Positions 36,587 to 52,900 are shown, numbered from the stretch's first letter. The stretch: 64,000 nt of DNA from Chrysomallon squamiferum (GCA_012295275.1 CM022679.1:7688001-7752000), one strand, 5' to 3'. The notes: generated by a model not told the origin, from the letters alone. Made by a program: numbers and translations.

Positions 36587-39213
36587 TTAACAGGAAGAAA
36601 ATAATTTTTTTACATGAAAACTGTTAAAATAACATCCATTGCAGAATTTAAAACTAGTGAAAATATTGTCATAAAATATTTCTTCACTTAAAATTAAACA
36701 ATAATCAAAAAAGTATTTTTAACATAAGGGATATTTTTGAAATTTGTAAAAGATTTAAAAGAAAACAACAACAATTATTAAGTACTGAATATAAAAATAT
36801 TAAAAAAAAATTCTTTTTAACAGATTCTAAAAATCTTAATTTTTAAAAACAATTATATATTTTAAATAAATGTAATTGAAAATCAGTTAAGGATTTAAAG
36901 AAGGCAAGTCTCTTTGAAACATTTTTACACTTAATGTCTGACCTTCAGGCAAATATCTTAAGTAACCAGAATTTCAAATACCTGACATTATATCTGTTAT
37001 CATGTTTATTGTTTATATATATATATATATATACAGATATAGATACAGATACAGATACAGATGTTTGGATGTTTAAAATTATCATTATTTCAGATATTTG
37101 CCTGCAGCACACACACACACACACATAAAGTAAACAAATTGTTATAACTTAGATGAAATATATTCTACTGAAATAACTTACCCATACCAGCTACCAGTGT
37201 ATTCAAAAAGAATAAAAGAAGTGAGACTGTTTTTAGCACTAACGAAATACTAATAACTACATTAAAACGTTTTCTCACCATGCAACAGGTATCGTCATGA
37301 CAACAACATTACTTGTTGATGAACAAAAATTAATGTGTCAGAGTTTCACACATTTATTTGTTGGTATTTTTCACTGTCGTATGAAAATTATTTATGCTCA
37401 TTATAAAGAGAGCAAACAATTTACAACTCAACAAAGACATGTTTTAACTGATACAACTCTGCCATCACTTGCTAAATCTAACTGAATGTTGTATAAATGT
37501 GTCAATACAATTCTTTTTGAAAAAAAAACTGTTCGTAAACTGAATATATTAAAACATCTTTCTTTTCACAATATTTTGACAATTATACACATCTGAGAAA
37601 TATACAGAATTTATTATCTTTATTAAAATAGTTGCAAGTGACACTTCATGTATAAAATAAAATTTAAATTAAAAAAAAAAAAAAAACCAGACTGAACATA
37701 GATTCCTAGTTCACCAATGTAAGAAAAAATGTATGTGGTACCACTAATGAAACAACACCAATTTTAGCACAAATGTCACAACCATTTTTTAATTTTTTTT
37801 AACAAAATGATAAACTGGATGAGAAAATGGCTGCCAAGGACAGTTAAAGAATGATGTATAAACTCACATGAAGTACTCATAAACAGAAGACAAAAGAAAA
37901 TGCATCAAAGTTATTAACATCAAATGGCAGTTTGTTTGCATATTATAATATATTAAAATATTTGGTGGAGATGATAATGATTCTGCACTGTTGTGACAAA
38001 TAATGTTTTGATTTCTGGGTTTTTGTGTCCCACAGTATTGTTGATTTATCCAATGTTACGTGATTTGTCATAGAGCAAGACTGGATCAGTTTGAATGCCA
38101 AAAAGAAGCAAGTTATGGATTATTACTGAAAAGGAGCCAACAAAGTTTCTGTTTTTGTTCAGTTTGTCAAAAAACTTGAAAAAAGTTACTTCTGCTATGT
38201 CAGGGCAGAATTCACGAATGTCAGTCTGAAAATATTAGTAAATGTGGAGAGACCACACAATATAACACTCTAATCTAATATTTAAAAAGAAAAATTGATT
38301 AAACCTAAATTTAAAAATCAAATAAAAATCTTAATTCAGAAATGTATTTTGATTTGTTTTAAAAGTCATACATGTCAGAAATATCTTCTTCTGCAGGACA
38401 CCAAAAAAAAAATCATCACAATTTGATCAGGTATATTGGTAGAAAAATACAGTGTAGTACTAATTGTATCAGTGTTATTTTGAAAATGTCATTTGTCAAT
38501 TTAAATTAAACTGAAGAGATCTCCAGGCAGACATTAACAGAACAGTCTATACTTGGATGCAGCTTGAAATAAAAGGACAGGGTAGATAACTCTGGAAAAC
38601 TGTTGTCAATGGCCTGTAACACAGGATTGATGACGGGCATAAATAAATAAGTAAGTAAGCAGCTGAACTTAAATCTTTGTGTACAAAATTTTAACTGGAG
38701 ATAGTGCACCTAGTGCATAATCAAATTAGTATATTAAAATATTTTATGTGCTATATTAACTAAAATTTAAAACCATACACATGTAATTTATTTCTAAATT
38801 TTAAGCTTTCCAATATTTCCCCATTTTCAGCCAAAAATCTGTTAAAAAACATAACAGAAAATAATAGTTAACAGATTAAAAGAAGCACCAAAATTTTAAT
38901 AAGCTAGACCATGTTTTTGTGTTTTTTTAAACCTCACCTAAATACAATAATGTATCTGCATCACTGTGTGTTTGGGTAAAATAAATTGTACTAATTTCCA
39001 AAGAAGCAGAAAAACCAGTTAACAAACAACAAATAAACTTAACAAAAATTAATGAAACAGATGAAAGATATGAAAGGCACTGAGATAATGTTTTTCTTCC
39101 AGTGGCAGACATTATTTCCTGACACGCTCAAATGAGCTGTATGTTTTAGGAAATTCTCCGGAACATTCTAGAACAAAGAAAACCAGTTCCGTCTACCACT
39201 TCGCGAGCCAGTG

Positions 39214-39404
39214 CTATAAAATGGAAACGGCTTTGATATTGTCTCTGAGTATGGAATCCATGACAACCTGGAAGACTACCTGGATGTTGCTGGTGTCTGT
39301 TGCCGTGGTGAAGTGAGGGTAGATAACTTTGGCAGGGTTGTTGTTCTGCATCATGAACAAGTGCTGAATGTAGCGGGCTGCTGCATCTACATCTCTTTCT
39401 GGAC
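39214..39404 (-). CDS. GNAV1: Galpha-v exon 9
   Basis: ttctag|[18 protein letters not shown]...[33 protein letters not shown]. Confidence 0.94.
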
Positions 39405-39435
39405 CTAGAAATTAAAATACAATTTATATCATAAC

Positions 39436-39470
<35 letters not shown>

Positions 39471-39749
39471 TCACACACGTTAGTATCAGCAACAGTATGT
39501 CAGAGACACCATTTTCAAACAAATAAGATTCAGTAAAATTACTTATACAAGAGTTTTTTGTAAGTACTTGAGTTCAGTAGTATGAAGTGATATTAAAAAA
39601 TTATATGTCTGTGAAAATAAAGCATATATATTAGCTGAATGTTTTCCATGCCAGTTTCACATATTAAGCCATATTCTCAAGACATATCAAATTTAAGTAT
39701 TATGCATATCCCCATTTCCACAGATGAAACTAAATTTGATCTAAACTTG

Positions 39750-39781
<32 letters not shown>

Positions 39782-41282
39782 CTGGAAAATCAGCAAAAAA
39801 CCTTTTGAGGTGCCTTTCTGAATGTAAGATTTTATCTTGAAACAAATCCAGCTTATTAAGAAAGAGAATCTGAAAGAAGAAGAGGATTAAAATAAGAAAA
39901 CACTGTTTTAACGTATACTTTTAGCAATAAGTACAAGCTTTAAATATTTGTTGTGCTGTTATGAATCAGTAAATTTAATCAACAAGATATAAATGTGTGT
40001 GATGTGTTTGCACTGCTTTATAAAGCACATGTCCATGAAAAACCAGTCATTTTGTTTCTACTTTTGCATTCTGACACCATGTACAATTTTTTATGTGACT
40101 GTGTGTCTGTAAGTAGGCATGACTGAGGGATATTTGTGTATATGTATGTATGTAGGTATGTATGTAAATTTAGTTTCATCTGTGTATGGATGAATGACTA
40201 TGTATATAATTATATATTTGTGTTTGTATGTATGTATGTATATATGTGTATATCTATGTGTGTTTGTGTGCGTATATAAATCTATCTGTCCATGTGTGTG
40301 TATTTTGTCATTTACATATTTTCACAGTAAATTTCTTTCTTCCATTTTATTATTATTGTTGCTGTTGTTGTTGCTGTTGTTGTTGTTGTTGCTGTTGTTG
40401 TTTGTTTTTATTTGGTGCTGGAGACAGTGAGTTCTCACCATGGTTGTGTTAACAAAGAAACGATTGTTGCAGATCTGTCTAAAAAGAGTTAGACTTTCTG
40501 CCAGTCTGTTCTGTAACATACAAAAGAAAAACATCAATTTAAACAAAGCAGTTCCTCAATATACCTTGAAACAAACAAACAAACAAAAAAACCCAACATT
40601 TTATCCCTTATTTATTCCTTTTTGCTTATTATTTAAATACTGTAAATAGGTTTCTATTAAACATTTTGCTTTTAAAACACAGAAATCAAATCTAGATGAA
40701 AATATATATTCGTAATGATTGTTTTTAATAATAATAATTATAAAATGTTGTTCATTCCAAAATTGAAAATAAACTTAATGATGATGATATATTTAACACT
40801 GAGATTTTTTGTGATATATATTTGGATTAACACTGATGTTTTTCGTTGTGGTTTTTATATTTTTATTAATATTCTTATTTTTATTTTATTTTTTGAAATT
40901 TTTGTCTTATGTGAAACATTAAGTTATATGTCAGTAAGTAAATAAAAACAGATTAAAAATGTATCCACTTACAATTCTGCTATCTTCGTATAAAAAGAGA
41001 TCGTAAGAACTGAGTGCAACAACAAAGAGTATCACGCGAACATCGTCAAAACACTGGATCCACTTCCTTCGTTCTGACCTCTGACCTCCGACATCAAACA
41101 TCCTTTACAAATACAAATATACATTTTTTAATTGCTTTCACATTTGTTTGGTTTCTCTTTTGATTATTACGACTAAAACAATCAAATGATGGGAAAAGGC
41201 AAATGAACAAGACATTCTAAATACATTGTACATATATGTGTGAATGTGTTTCTATGTGTGTGTATGTTTATGTTTATGTATA

Positions 41283-41318
<36 letters not shown>

Positions 41319-44013
41319 TGAATGTATGTATGTGTGTATATAACATGCATGTATGTACATCTGTGTATACTTGTGCATGTGCATGCACACATACGTGATT
41401 CCAAGGTTGGATGTGTATTTAGAGGTACAATTCAAAACAATCCTTTGGGAACACGGTAAGACTGGTTTGTACATTTCACGGGGTGTTTTAACTGTAAAAT
41501 GAAAAGTTCCGCAAGTTACCTGATTAAGACATCGGAAACTTTGAAACATGTTTCTATCACCCCTGTCGTACGAACTCGTGCTCGGAGAACATCTTTTGGC
41601 GTTGGAACATATTTCGAAGAACAAATCCTGTCCATATTTTCAAAATAACTGAAAAATTAATTTACAATAAAAATAAAATAATTAAAAATTAATTAACATT
41701 AATTATTATTATTTTTTTTGTTTAAATTAAATAAACTGAAAGAAACAAATATAAATAAAAATAGTTTTGTTTTGAAATGTCAAGATATCTATGATTAGGA
41801 AAACATTACTATGCAAACATTTATATAATCAAGAAAAAGTATGATAAAATATCAAAACAAAAAATCAGCACCAAAAATATATAGTTTAAAGTAAATAAGA
41901 TGGTTGTTACTGTTTAATAAAAAATGTATTATTGTTGTTGTTGTTGTTGATATTGTTATTATTATTATTATTATTATTAATTCTATAAAAAAAATAAAAA
42001 GATTTAAAAAACAATAAAAGTGCATCATTATATATAACTAGTTGTTTAGAAAATACTACTAATAAAAACTCACTATATTGCTGAGTCATTGAGCTCGTAT
42101 TCATAACCTTTAAACACAGCGTAGCGCACTCCTCGGTCGCGCCAAAGTGATGACAGAGCAGTGTACATGTGTGGTGACATGCATCCCGATTTGTTATAGC
42201 AACACACACTAGACAACACTACTTGAGCAAATGCCTGAAAATAATTAAATATACTTAAATAAGTCATTTTACAACAAAGTAAACAGAGGTTTTTATATTA
42301 AGTATGTACATTGAAGACTGATAATATTTCTTTTATTTTAATTATCCAGAAATATTAAAGTGCAAGTGACAAGAACCGTAACTCTTACAAACATAACTAG
42401 AGGGAGATAACTGTGAGAAAGATTTACCATTTTATTGAAAAATAAAACGAGTGGTTATTTCTTTCCTTATAATAAGATATTATATAAATGAGAAAATAGA
42501 CCATTAAGATTTAAAACAAGATAAAATAATTTTATGAGCAACACAAATACCAGATACGCATTTTCATATATTGATAATTATTGGCTTTCATAATGAATAA
42601 CAAAAGAGATAAACAGCTGTATTGTTATATAATAGGTTGGTAAGTTCAGGTGTGTGTGTACATTCAAGTGACTATTTCAGTTGTATTTTCATGTAACAAT
42701 AAGAGAATGCAGGAGACAGGTATTTTCTTTCCTTTCATTCTGCCTTTATTTAAATAGAAATATAAAAAAAAAATATTGATCAACATGAAACACATTTACT
42801 CAGACTATCAAATGTTTCAGTGTTTCATTGTACGTGTCATAAAAAAACAATCTGTCTTTTTATTTTATTGTCATGCTTTTTTTATTAACAAAGGTTAGCA
42901 ACATGGTAAAAAAAAATTCACAAATCACAATAAAATGTACAAAATGTTTTAAGGTTCAGTTTAAATATCATTGAAGGTACACTTTAAAACCAGCCACTGT
43001 GATATTAGAAATAATGTCTTGTGTTCACTTCAGTAAGAAATAAGAAATAAACACTGACCCTGTTCTCAATGCGGTCAAGGTTTATTCTAAGAAGTCCCAT
43101 GCCGGTGAGCACAAACTTCATGGAGCTGACTAGGTTATCAAGGACTGCCGTCTGAAAACAAAATAAAGTTTCATCAACAGTTTGTAACACCAAAAACAGA
43201 GAATGACACTTAAGATTTTTGTAAATGGATCTGCAACAGATTTCTGTCAAAACCCATCTTGAATTATCAGACAGAAAAAAATAAAAGATTTTCAAAGGAA
43301 TATCATAAAAATATCATAAAAGAACTGTTTCAAATTAACTTCCAAAAAAAAAAAAAAAAAAAAAACAAAGTTCTGTATTTCTTATGTCAAACTCCTATTA
43401 CCTATAATAATCATTCCATGAATCATATGTTGTATTTTGTTTTAAATATTTTAATGTTTAATTTGCATTATAAATTTAAAATTTAGATATCTGTGAATAA
43501 CTGTATTCCTTACAACTTTAGTTAATTCAGTTACTCACTTCCTTATTCATTTACTGATTTTTATTTATAATATTATTTTTTGGGTGGTCTGCATTTTTTT
43601 GTTTTTTTTTTTTTTTGCATTATTTTATTTCCTCATTATCTTTTTAATCTTTAAAACCAAGAAGGAATTTTTTTATCATCATTTTTATTAAGACATTCTT
43701 TGAAACTGGAAATGAAAATGAAATCAAACGAAAAATCTATATATATATATATTAGTCAATTATGAAACAATAACTGAAATTTTAATTTTTATCTAAATGT
43801 ATATTAATTTAATAATTTTACATATTTTCAATAAAGTATTAATGAAGAGACCAAGTATAACAGTAGTAGTAGAAGTAGAAGTAGCAATAGTAATAAATAA
43901 CAAGTAGAAGTAGCAATAGTAATAAAATAACAAGTAGAAGTAGCAATAGTAATAGTAGTAATAAAATAACAAGTAGAAGTAGCAATAGTAATAGTAGTAA
44001 TAAAATAACAATT

Positions 44014-44052
<39 letters not shown>

Positions 44053-45971
44053 TATCTCAGTATAAAGAAAGAAAATAAGAAAGAAACTTATTAAATAAAA
44101 TGCAGATTAGCTTTATTTGTAAACTCAAACTTGACACTTGAGACTCAAAAGCGAAGTCCGTGACAAATATTTAGTTTAAACAAACATTGTTGTAAGTGTA
44201 ATCGTTTTGTGTGAAAACACACAAAGGCTTGTTCCTTTGACAGGTTGTTTTACAGTGAGTAAGAAGAAAGGATTTTTTTCAATTAGTTGTCATGGTGACC
44301 TGTTGAGAATATCGTGTATGTTGACAGGAAGTAACTAAAATAATGATTTTTATTTTTTATTTTTTATTTTTTTCTGGTTACACAAGTTGTATTTATTAAT
44401 TTTTTTAAATATATTTATAAATAAGTGAATATTTTCTAAGTAAAACTGACCCTAAATGAAATGAGTTCTTCTTGTGAAAATCCATCATTGTGAATAATTT
44501 TCATCTGCTTCACCAATGTACTTTTTCCTCCTTCAGCTGTGCCTATAAAAACAGAAAATATTAAAAACAAATTACAGTTGTTTTTATTAATGGAGAATAC
44601 TTTAAAAAAATTTCTACTGTTTTTGTTTGAAAACCAATTCATGTTTTGCAAAATCAGATACATGCATTTCTGTTTATTAAAATAATGATAATGTTATTTT
44701 CATAAAATATATTCCTATTTCTAACTTGCAATGTTTTGAGTATTCTGATATTTAATTATTTGTCTGTAGTATAACTAAACATGATAAATTAAGTTATTAT
44801 ACTTTGCATATAATTTATACTTTTTTATTTATTTATATTTTCTTTCTTTTTTCATTTCTTTTTTTTAATTTTTTTTTTTTTTTTTTTTTGTAACATTCAT
44901 ATGATTGAGTACATCGTTCATTTATTACAAATATTTATCTATGATTTCATATAATTTTCATATTTTTAAATTTTACATTTCTGTGTATGAAATGATTTGC
45001 AACAAAAAAGTAGAGAAAACAAAAAGTTCCATATATCCTTACAGACTGGTCATATTTTTTGTATTACTAATGGCTGATATCCTTCAACATGTAGACTAGT
45101 TACTTGCAGATACACAGAACACAGTCAGCCATTTGTGTACTCTGTGACAGATACTTCTCAAATAATGTTAATATTATCAACACTAAATAACTGTAGATGA
45201 AAACTAATAAAAGAAAAGTAAATTAAATGCTGCATTAAAGAGCCTGATGTTAATCATTTACTTCAAATTACCAGAGGAAAAAAAACAAAATGTGAGAAAG
45301 GCAGAAAACAAGCAGAATGGTTACAAAAAGATTATATAAAGAACAAGAAGAAAATGAATGCCTGTCAAAGATGATCATGGCTGACTGAATATCTTTTAAA
45401 AATCTCTCTTGAACTGTTTGGTATATTTCATTCCCTTCTCAAATCCTTTTTATTTATTATTATTTTTTTAATCTGTCTGTGACTGTATTTATTTAAATTT
45501 TATGTTAACGTATTTCAGTTTTATGTACCTGTGATTATGTTTCAGATTATCTGGCTACAGTTTGGTTTTGTCAACATAAGACTATTTTCAACAAGCTATT
45601 TATAAGTATTCACAGTAATACAAGTATTTATTTTCTTTTCATTTTATCGCTTCATTCATGTATCTTGCCACAATGCAGATAACAATACATGAATGACGTA
45701 GATCTGATACCACCATCTAGACATGTGAACACATTATATACTACTGAGAGAAAAAAAAAAAAAAAAAATATGTATATATATAAATCTGTTCTCAGCAATG
45801 CATCATCAAGGATTATTTTCCTTTGTTAGAGTATCAAGATAAAAGTATACATGACATCAGTGTGTTAAAAAGTTCAGACATCCACTGGATAAAAATACAC
45901 AGTGTAAATTCTTCACATTTTAATGTAATCTTTTGTTGTTTGCACAACTTCAATAATTGGAATCGAAAGAA

Positions 45972-46015
<44 letters not shown>

Positions 46016-46848
46016 TAATTGTACCAGATAAATGAAGGTGTAGTGTTTCAAGAGAGTTAGACTTCAGATTTGAAACTGTGAATTAAATTTAGAATTTATT
46101 TGAGCAAAAGGGGCTAATGTCAACCATTTTGAAAGATTGTTAATTAAATTAATGAATATACCCTTTGGACAGTGGAAAGTAGCTGATTATTGAATAGTGA
46201 ATAGCTGATAATGAATAGTGGATGGATGGATGAATAAATGGATGGATGGCTTGAATGAATGAAGTAATATTTATCTGACCATAAAAAAAAAAAAATTTCA
46301 ACACATAAAATATAAGTTGTTATTTTTTAAATACACAGTTTACATTATCAGCTTATCATAAATCAGTCAGTCAGATGTGTGTGTAATACAACTGGTATGT
46401 CACATGTATTTCAACAAGTTCTGAAAACCAGAAACAACAATTGTTGGGTATTTCATAACACTGTAACACTGTATTACTACATTGTATATACATATAATAC
46501 AACTAGAATGTCCTTTCTATGTTAACATACACAATAAACTGTGTTTATTGATGATATACTGAAACATATTACATGTCTGTGTAATACAACTCGTATGTCA
46601 TTTGTCATTTGTATGTTAACATACTGAAAACTAAATACAAAAATTGAATTGCTCATAATATTGTAACTCTTTTATATACAAGTATATATAATACAAGCTG
46701 TATGAAACATATTGAAAGTTAAATACATCAACAGTGTTATTTATATCATGATACCCTGCAACACCTTTTATATATACAAATAATACAAATACTATATCAT
46801 TTGTATATTAACTGTGTTATATACTTTACAATATACATTATAAGACTA

Positions 46849-46900
<52 letters not shown>

Positions 46901-48694
46901 ATAATTAGTATGTCATTTATAGTGTAATGCATTCTGAAAATTAAATACACCAACTGCGTTACTTATTTCATAACTCACTGTAACATCTTTCATAAGCCAC
47001 TCCAAACCTGTGATGGCCCTGGGGGGGGGTCTCTCTACCCACTTGAAATGTTTAAAAAGCTTCTTTTCTCTCTTTTTCTATTTTTTTTTTTGATAGCTCG
47101 TGACTGGGCTGAATGGTACAAATTCACTTTCACTCAAAGTTCGTTCAGCTGGAAATAATCCACTACAAATGTACCACAGTGAAATTAAAGAACTCTGCAA
47201 TACACCCTAGAGCTGTTTAATCTTTTGAGTTCAAGTTTTTAAAGAGAAAATTAACTCTTTTTTTTTTTTTCACACAGATTCTTGATTGTATCAGAGTATG
47301 TCAAACTGTGCCTTCAGTGGTTTCGTAGTTTGTGTGATTTAGTCAGCTTATGTAATTTTCTGTGTGTGTGTGTGCAGTGTTCTGTGGTTCTGGCTTTCAT
47401 GATCATGATGTGAAAAGTCATGAAGAAAAGAAGGAAATAAAACTTATTTAAAAAGATGGCCTGGAAACATTAAGTGTATTTAGTTAAGTGGGATTAAGCT
47501 TAGTGGCAGCTGAATCAGCAGCACTTGAAGTATTAGATATCTGTATTGTTAATCGCAGGCTTTGCGGTCAAATGGTTTTCCCAATCCAACTTAATGACTA
47601 AAGTGAGTTTGGTTTTTTTGTCCCATTTCAGCTTCCCATTCATGAGCAAATAGTATTTACTTATTTATTTATTTATTTCAATTTATTGTTGACTTTTAAT
47701 TATTTAATTTATTATTATTATTATTATTATTTATTATTATGTTTTTCATTTTCAATCCAGTCTTTTCAGATTACGGGTTTATTATGTTTCTGTATTAGAG
47801 TTTCAATTACTTTTATTAACCAGTAATATCTGTTATAATTTTGTTACGAAATTCACCAGTTAAGATTAGTATTATCATTTACATTTTTTTATCATTATTT
47901 CAGGTTACTGTTAAATAGTATTAGTTATCTGTAACAAAATACCTTACATATTTTATATGTTGTGTCCATTATCAGCTTGCCAGAGGTGTTCATACATAGC
48001 ATGTTGCTACATTAAACAGCATAAATATTTTCCTGCCATCGGAAAGGTTAACATGAAGGATCTCTTACTGCTAAGTGGTAAGAATAACATACAGAATAAC
48101 AAGAGAACATTGATTTAGTCTTTACACAAAAAAAAAAAATATATCATAAGTTTCATAACTTATTAAACAGTAATAATAAAACACACAGAAAGGATTTGAA
48201 ATTAATATTCATTTATTATCAGCTAAATGCAAAGATGCCTATAACGCATCAATATATTAATATAGTCTTAAATGCAAGGAAGCGAACTGAAACTGCCACA
48301 TGTAACTTCAAATAACAAAGAAATAAAATAATGTGAATATTATATTAACATAATAATGTTGACACTGATAAAAAAAAAAATATATATGACCATACAGTGG
48401 ACGGCCTTGTATGAAGGTAAACGAGGCATGAAAAGAGTTTTTTTCATGATCTGCTGTAGCAAAATGTCATTGCTCTGATTTATGATAACAGGCACATCAC
48501 ATTTACTGTCTGTTAAGGTTCATGTAAATGTCATCTTAGATTTCACTGACAAATTGTCTTTTATCAGATGATCTGTGATGTTTTTAACAAGTTTTCAGAC
48601 CTTTGATGCTCATGGTAGTAAAAAAAGTTGTTTTAATCCTGGTGTTGATGCACTTGTGTTTTTTCTTTTGTGTTTTTTTTTTTTCTTTCTATTA

Positions 48695-48745
<51 letters not shown>

Positions 48746-49086
48746 TTCTTTCTTTCTTTCTTTCTTTGTTTTTAAATATCCAGGACATATTTTGTTATGT
48801 TAATAAAGAATACACAATAATAACAAAACAAAATAAAAACATAACTCATATAATACAATATAATAAATTTTCAAACATTTTTGAAAAGTACTTTACCATT
48901 AAAAACATTCAAAACTATCTAATTAAAAAAAAAATCTTTTACTATTTCAGGTTTTAATAAAGTAAATAAAATAAAAAAAATTATTGATATTAAAACATGT
49001 TGTGATGTCTTTAAATAAATGTTTAAAAAGGTTTATTTTTTTTAAATTACAAAAACATTTATGAGTAAAAAAAATATATGTATATA

Positions 49087-49127
<41 letters not shown>

Positions 49128-49797
49128 TTGTGTGTGTGTGAGTATAACATCAGTGAAATAATTAATTAATTAAGTAATCAAGCAAATATCTGACACTTTC
49201 TGCTTTCATTCATCAAATTTCTTGCCAAGTAAACCACGGAACTAAAATAATAATGTAGAAAAATATATCAGAAAATTTATTTACCACACTTAAAACATCT
49301 CAACATCTGTATCATTCAGCATTACAGTTTCCCTCCCTATCTTTCTCTCATTCAATCACTTTTCCTTTTTCTTATTCATATTTTTCTGTCGTCTACCCTG
49401 TCCCTTAATCCTGTCTCATTGCTCACTGCTCTTTTTTTCAGACATTAATTAAAAATGTATGTATGTAAATGATATGAATATGGATACATTTCACTGCGGT
49501 TTTGACTTATAATTAGTGACATTTCATTTGCAGTGTTAAACTACAAATATTCTACACTATAATTATGAATCAAGCATTGTGAAGACTGCACAGACACAAG
49601 TGTTTCAAACCTCATACACCCATTACTCAGATACACACATGAGTCACAGACCACTTGAAATACAGTGAATTACCTGTCTGCACCTTTAAACATAATAATC
49701 ATAGTTTTAAAAATAAATAAAAATACTGATATTGACATTTTAAAACCTGTTTCAGCAAATTTAAATAATATTTTTTTGTAAAGGCAAAGGCATTCAG

Positions 49798-49834
<37 letters not shown>

Positions 49835-49950
49835 AATGACATACCAACAAATAGAGACCAGGACAATTATATACACACACAGAAATGAATAAAACATATA
49901 CAAACTCCCCAAAAACGTACAGATATACTTGAACATACCCACATACTGTT

Positions 49951-49987
<37 letters not shown>

Positions 49988-52900
49988 TTTACTTTACTTT
50001 ATGAATGCATTGTACTAAAGAGCACATCAACAAAAAACTGAAGTAAGTCAGCTTCTAGTTGTTCATATTTTAACAAATCCAAACTCACAATGAGCTGTTT
50101 GTCCAAGCATTCACCTTATCAGACCCCGATCACAGAAATAATGCAACATGATTGCCAGGTGTGGAGAAAGATTAAAGGTGAGACTCCAGGTAAACAGGCC
50201 AGAAAAAGAATGCTGTTGTTTAGTCTAATTACAGGTGCTGATGAAATTAATATTTCAGTCTATTTCGTCATTTCTATTCTTGTCATTCTGATTTCACTAG
50301 ATATGAATTTTGTTTTCAAAGATTGCTCAAAATTGTTTGTTTATAGTTGTTTATTTTTTTTTTTTTTATCATTATTATTACCTATATGTTTGGTCATTTT
50401 ATTTGTTTTGTTTATTTAATGCTATTGTTTAAAGGGGGGGGTTGTTTCTTTTTTGTGTTGTTGTTTTCTTTCTTTTTTTTTTTTTTTTTAAAAAATAACT
50501 AAGAAAAAAATATATATTTCTTTAAATTATTATACTTATTAAATATAACTGATTTTCTGGGATATCAATTTGTTTTCAAAGACGACTCAGAATTGTTTAT
50601 GGCTGTTTATTTTTTTTATGATTATTATTATTACATCTACATTTGGTCATCTTATTTGTTAGTTTTGGGGGAGATTTTATTTTTGGGGGGTTTAATTGTT
50701 TGTTTTTTGCTGTTTTTGTTTCTTTTTGTGGTTTTGATTTTCTTAACAAAAATAACTAAGAAAATATACAAATTTCTTTAAACTATTATACTTGTTAAAT
50801 TTATATGATTTTCTTAAATTTTGGTGATCTGGTTTGATAATATACTATAATTTTTGAGTACATAGTTTTATTACTGCTAATCTTTTTTTACTAATCATTT
50901 TTTATTTATTTATTTTTTTACTAAAATACAGAAAAATATATGAAAATTTGAATCAGAAGAGTTTTAAAAGAAAACAGTGCATTAATAAATATAGGATAAT
51001 GGCAAATAAAATGTCTGAAATTTAACTAACTTGCCTTCCGTTTGAAAAACAGCTTCATACCAAGGAATAATACTCCAGTAGAATGTACTTTAGAAAAATA
51101 ATAACAACAACAACAACAACAGCAGTAGTAACCACAACAACAACAACAACAAATTTAGGGACTAAACCAACAGAATCTAATTATTAAAAAGTAGTAATAA
51201 CAATTAATTAATTTAATAAGAGTGAAAATAACGATATATTTCAGTACTAAAATAGAAGAGGCTTACTAGGTAAACATCAACAAACAAAATCAATGCATTA
51301 TTTTGTTATACATTAAACCCAACGAAGAAGACATCCATACATGTTTTTAATTAACATCTTTAAAAAAAAAAAAAAAAAAATCTTTCTTATGTAGAAGAAC
51401 AGATATCCATTCATAATTACATGTAATTTCTAAAGCACTAATTGATGTCACAAGTCATGCACTGCGCAAGGTTAAAACGTACATTATATGACAGACATTT
51501 TCATGCATGGATTAATTAACCCTGAAAGCAGCAATGTGATATAGTTAGCCAGTGTTCAAGTGACAGACACAAACACCACTAAAATCAGATATCACATAAA
51601 CCAGATATCATGGAAGAAAGCACGGGCAGAGGTTCGAAATTATATTTATTACAACCATTTCTGCATGATTTGGTAACTACACTTCTGTCTTTGTAATGCA
51701 GACACTGTCCTGATTTTGATCTTGTCAATCACAGACTGCAATATTCATAGCAATTAACAAAGCAGTATTCATCGCATGCTTGTTAAATAATACGATTTGC
51801 AGCTACAATCAGTGGATATTTAAAGACACTTCAAAACATTTTAATATTAACAGCTATTACAGGTCCAGTCACATACTTTTGGGTTCAGTAATAATGATGT
51901 TATGAAAGAGAAAATCCTCTACCAAAGACTGATTTATTTTCAGGTTAAGTGACCTTTCAAAGGCCAGACAAGGGGTATTGGCTGATACAGGAACTATCCA
52001 GACATCCATCTAGAGGTGATCTGTTGATGGTCAAAGAACTGACCTCTGTCAAACAAGAGTAATCATTCAGAACACGATGGACATGTCCAGTCAGTGGAAA
52101 AATGGCCACACATTCCTGACCTAAGCATGAAGCAGGCCATTCGGGATGGCCAAAAACATGGACATGAAGCCCTCCTGACAGGCAAAATGTTGTCAGTGTT
52201 GTTACAAGGCTGTGACAAGACAGATGAAATCTATATTGTTAACAAATGAAAATATTTAGTTTCAAGCGTCTTTTCCTATGTCTGTGTTGATACATGGGTT
52301 TGGATGTATGAATGTGTGTTTATGTCTTCCCATTTATGTAACTATACATCTGGATGCACATGTTTGTTTATGTATATTAGTGTGTGTGTTGTATGTATCT
52401 TTGTATGTTAGTGTATATATATAGATGTGCATGTATTTGTGGGTGTATACATTGTGAATATATATATATATCCTTGTTTGTTTGTTTTTGTTTTTGTTTC
52501 CCCATGAAGTTTAGTACAAGTGGAAACTAAGTAGGTTGCTATTTAGTAATACTGTAGATAATCTTGTAGAAATTATAAATATTAAACTTACTATATAAAA
52601 AATAATTCAGTATATTTCACATGAATTTAGGGACACTAACATTTTACTCTGTATTCACTGAAATTGCTTAAACTGACAGTAAAAAGTCTTTTGTACAATT
52701 TAAGATGCTTCTTAAAAACAAAACAAAAAACCCAGTAATAACAAGATAAAGATAAAATCTTATCACTTCTATATTATATGTTTCATGAACATTATTCCCT
52801 TTCTATTAAAAGCAAGATTTTTTTCAGGCTCTTTTTCTCCCTTTCAAATTATATTATAAAATAAATATATAAATAAATGACAATAATTTTAAAAAACAAA

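Noticed and set aside
49670-49942. Alternative first exon of Galpha-v (donor-like AG|GTAATT)
   Set aside because: The upstream frame is microsatellite-derived and shows no Galpha N-terminal similarity.
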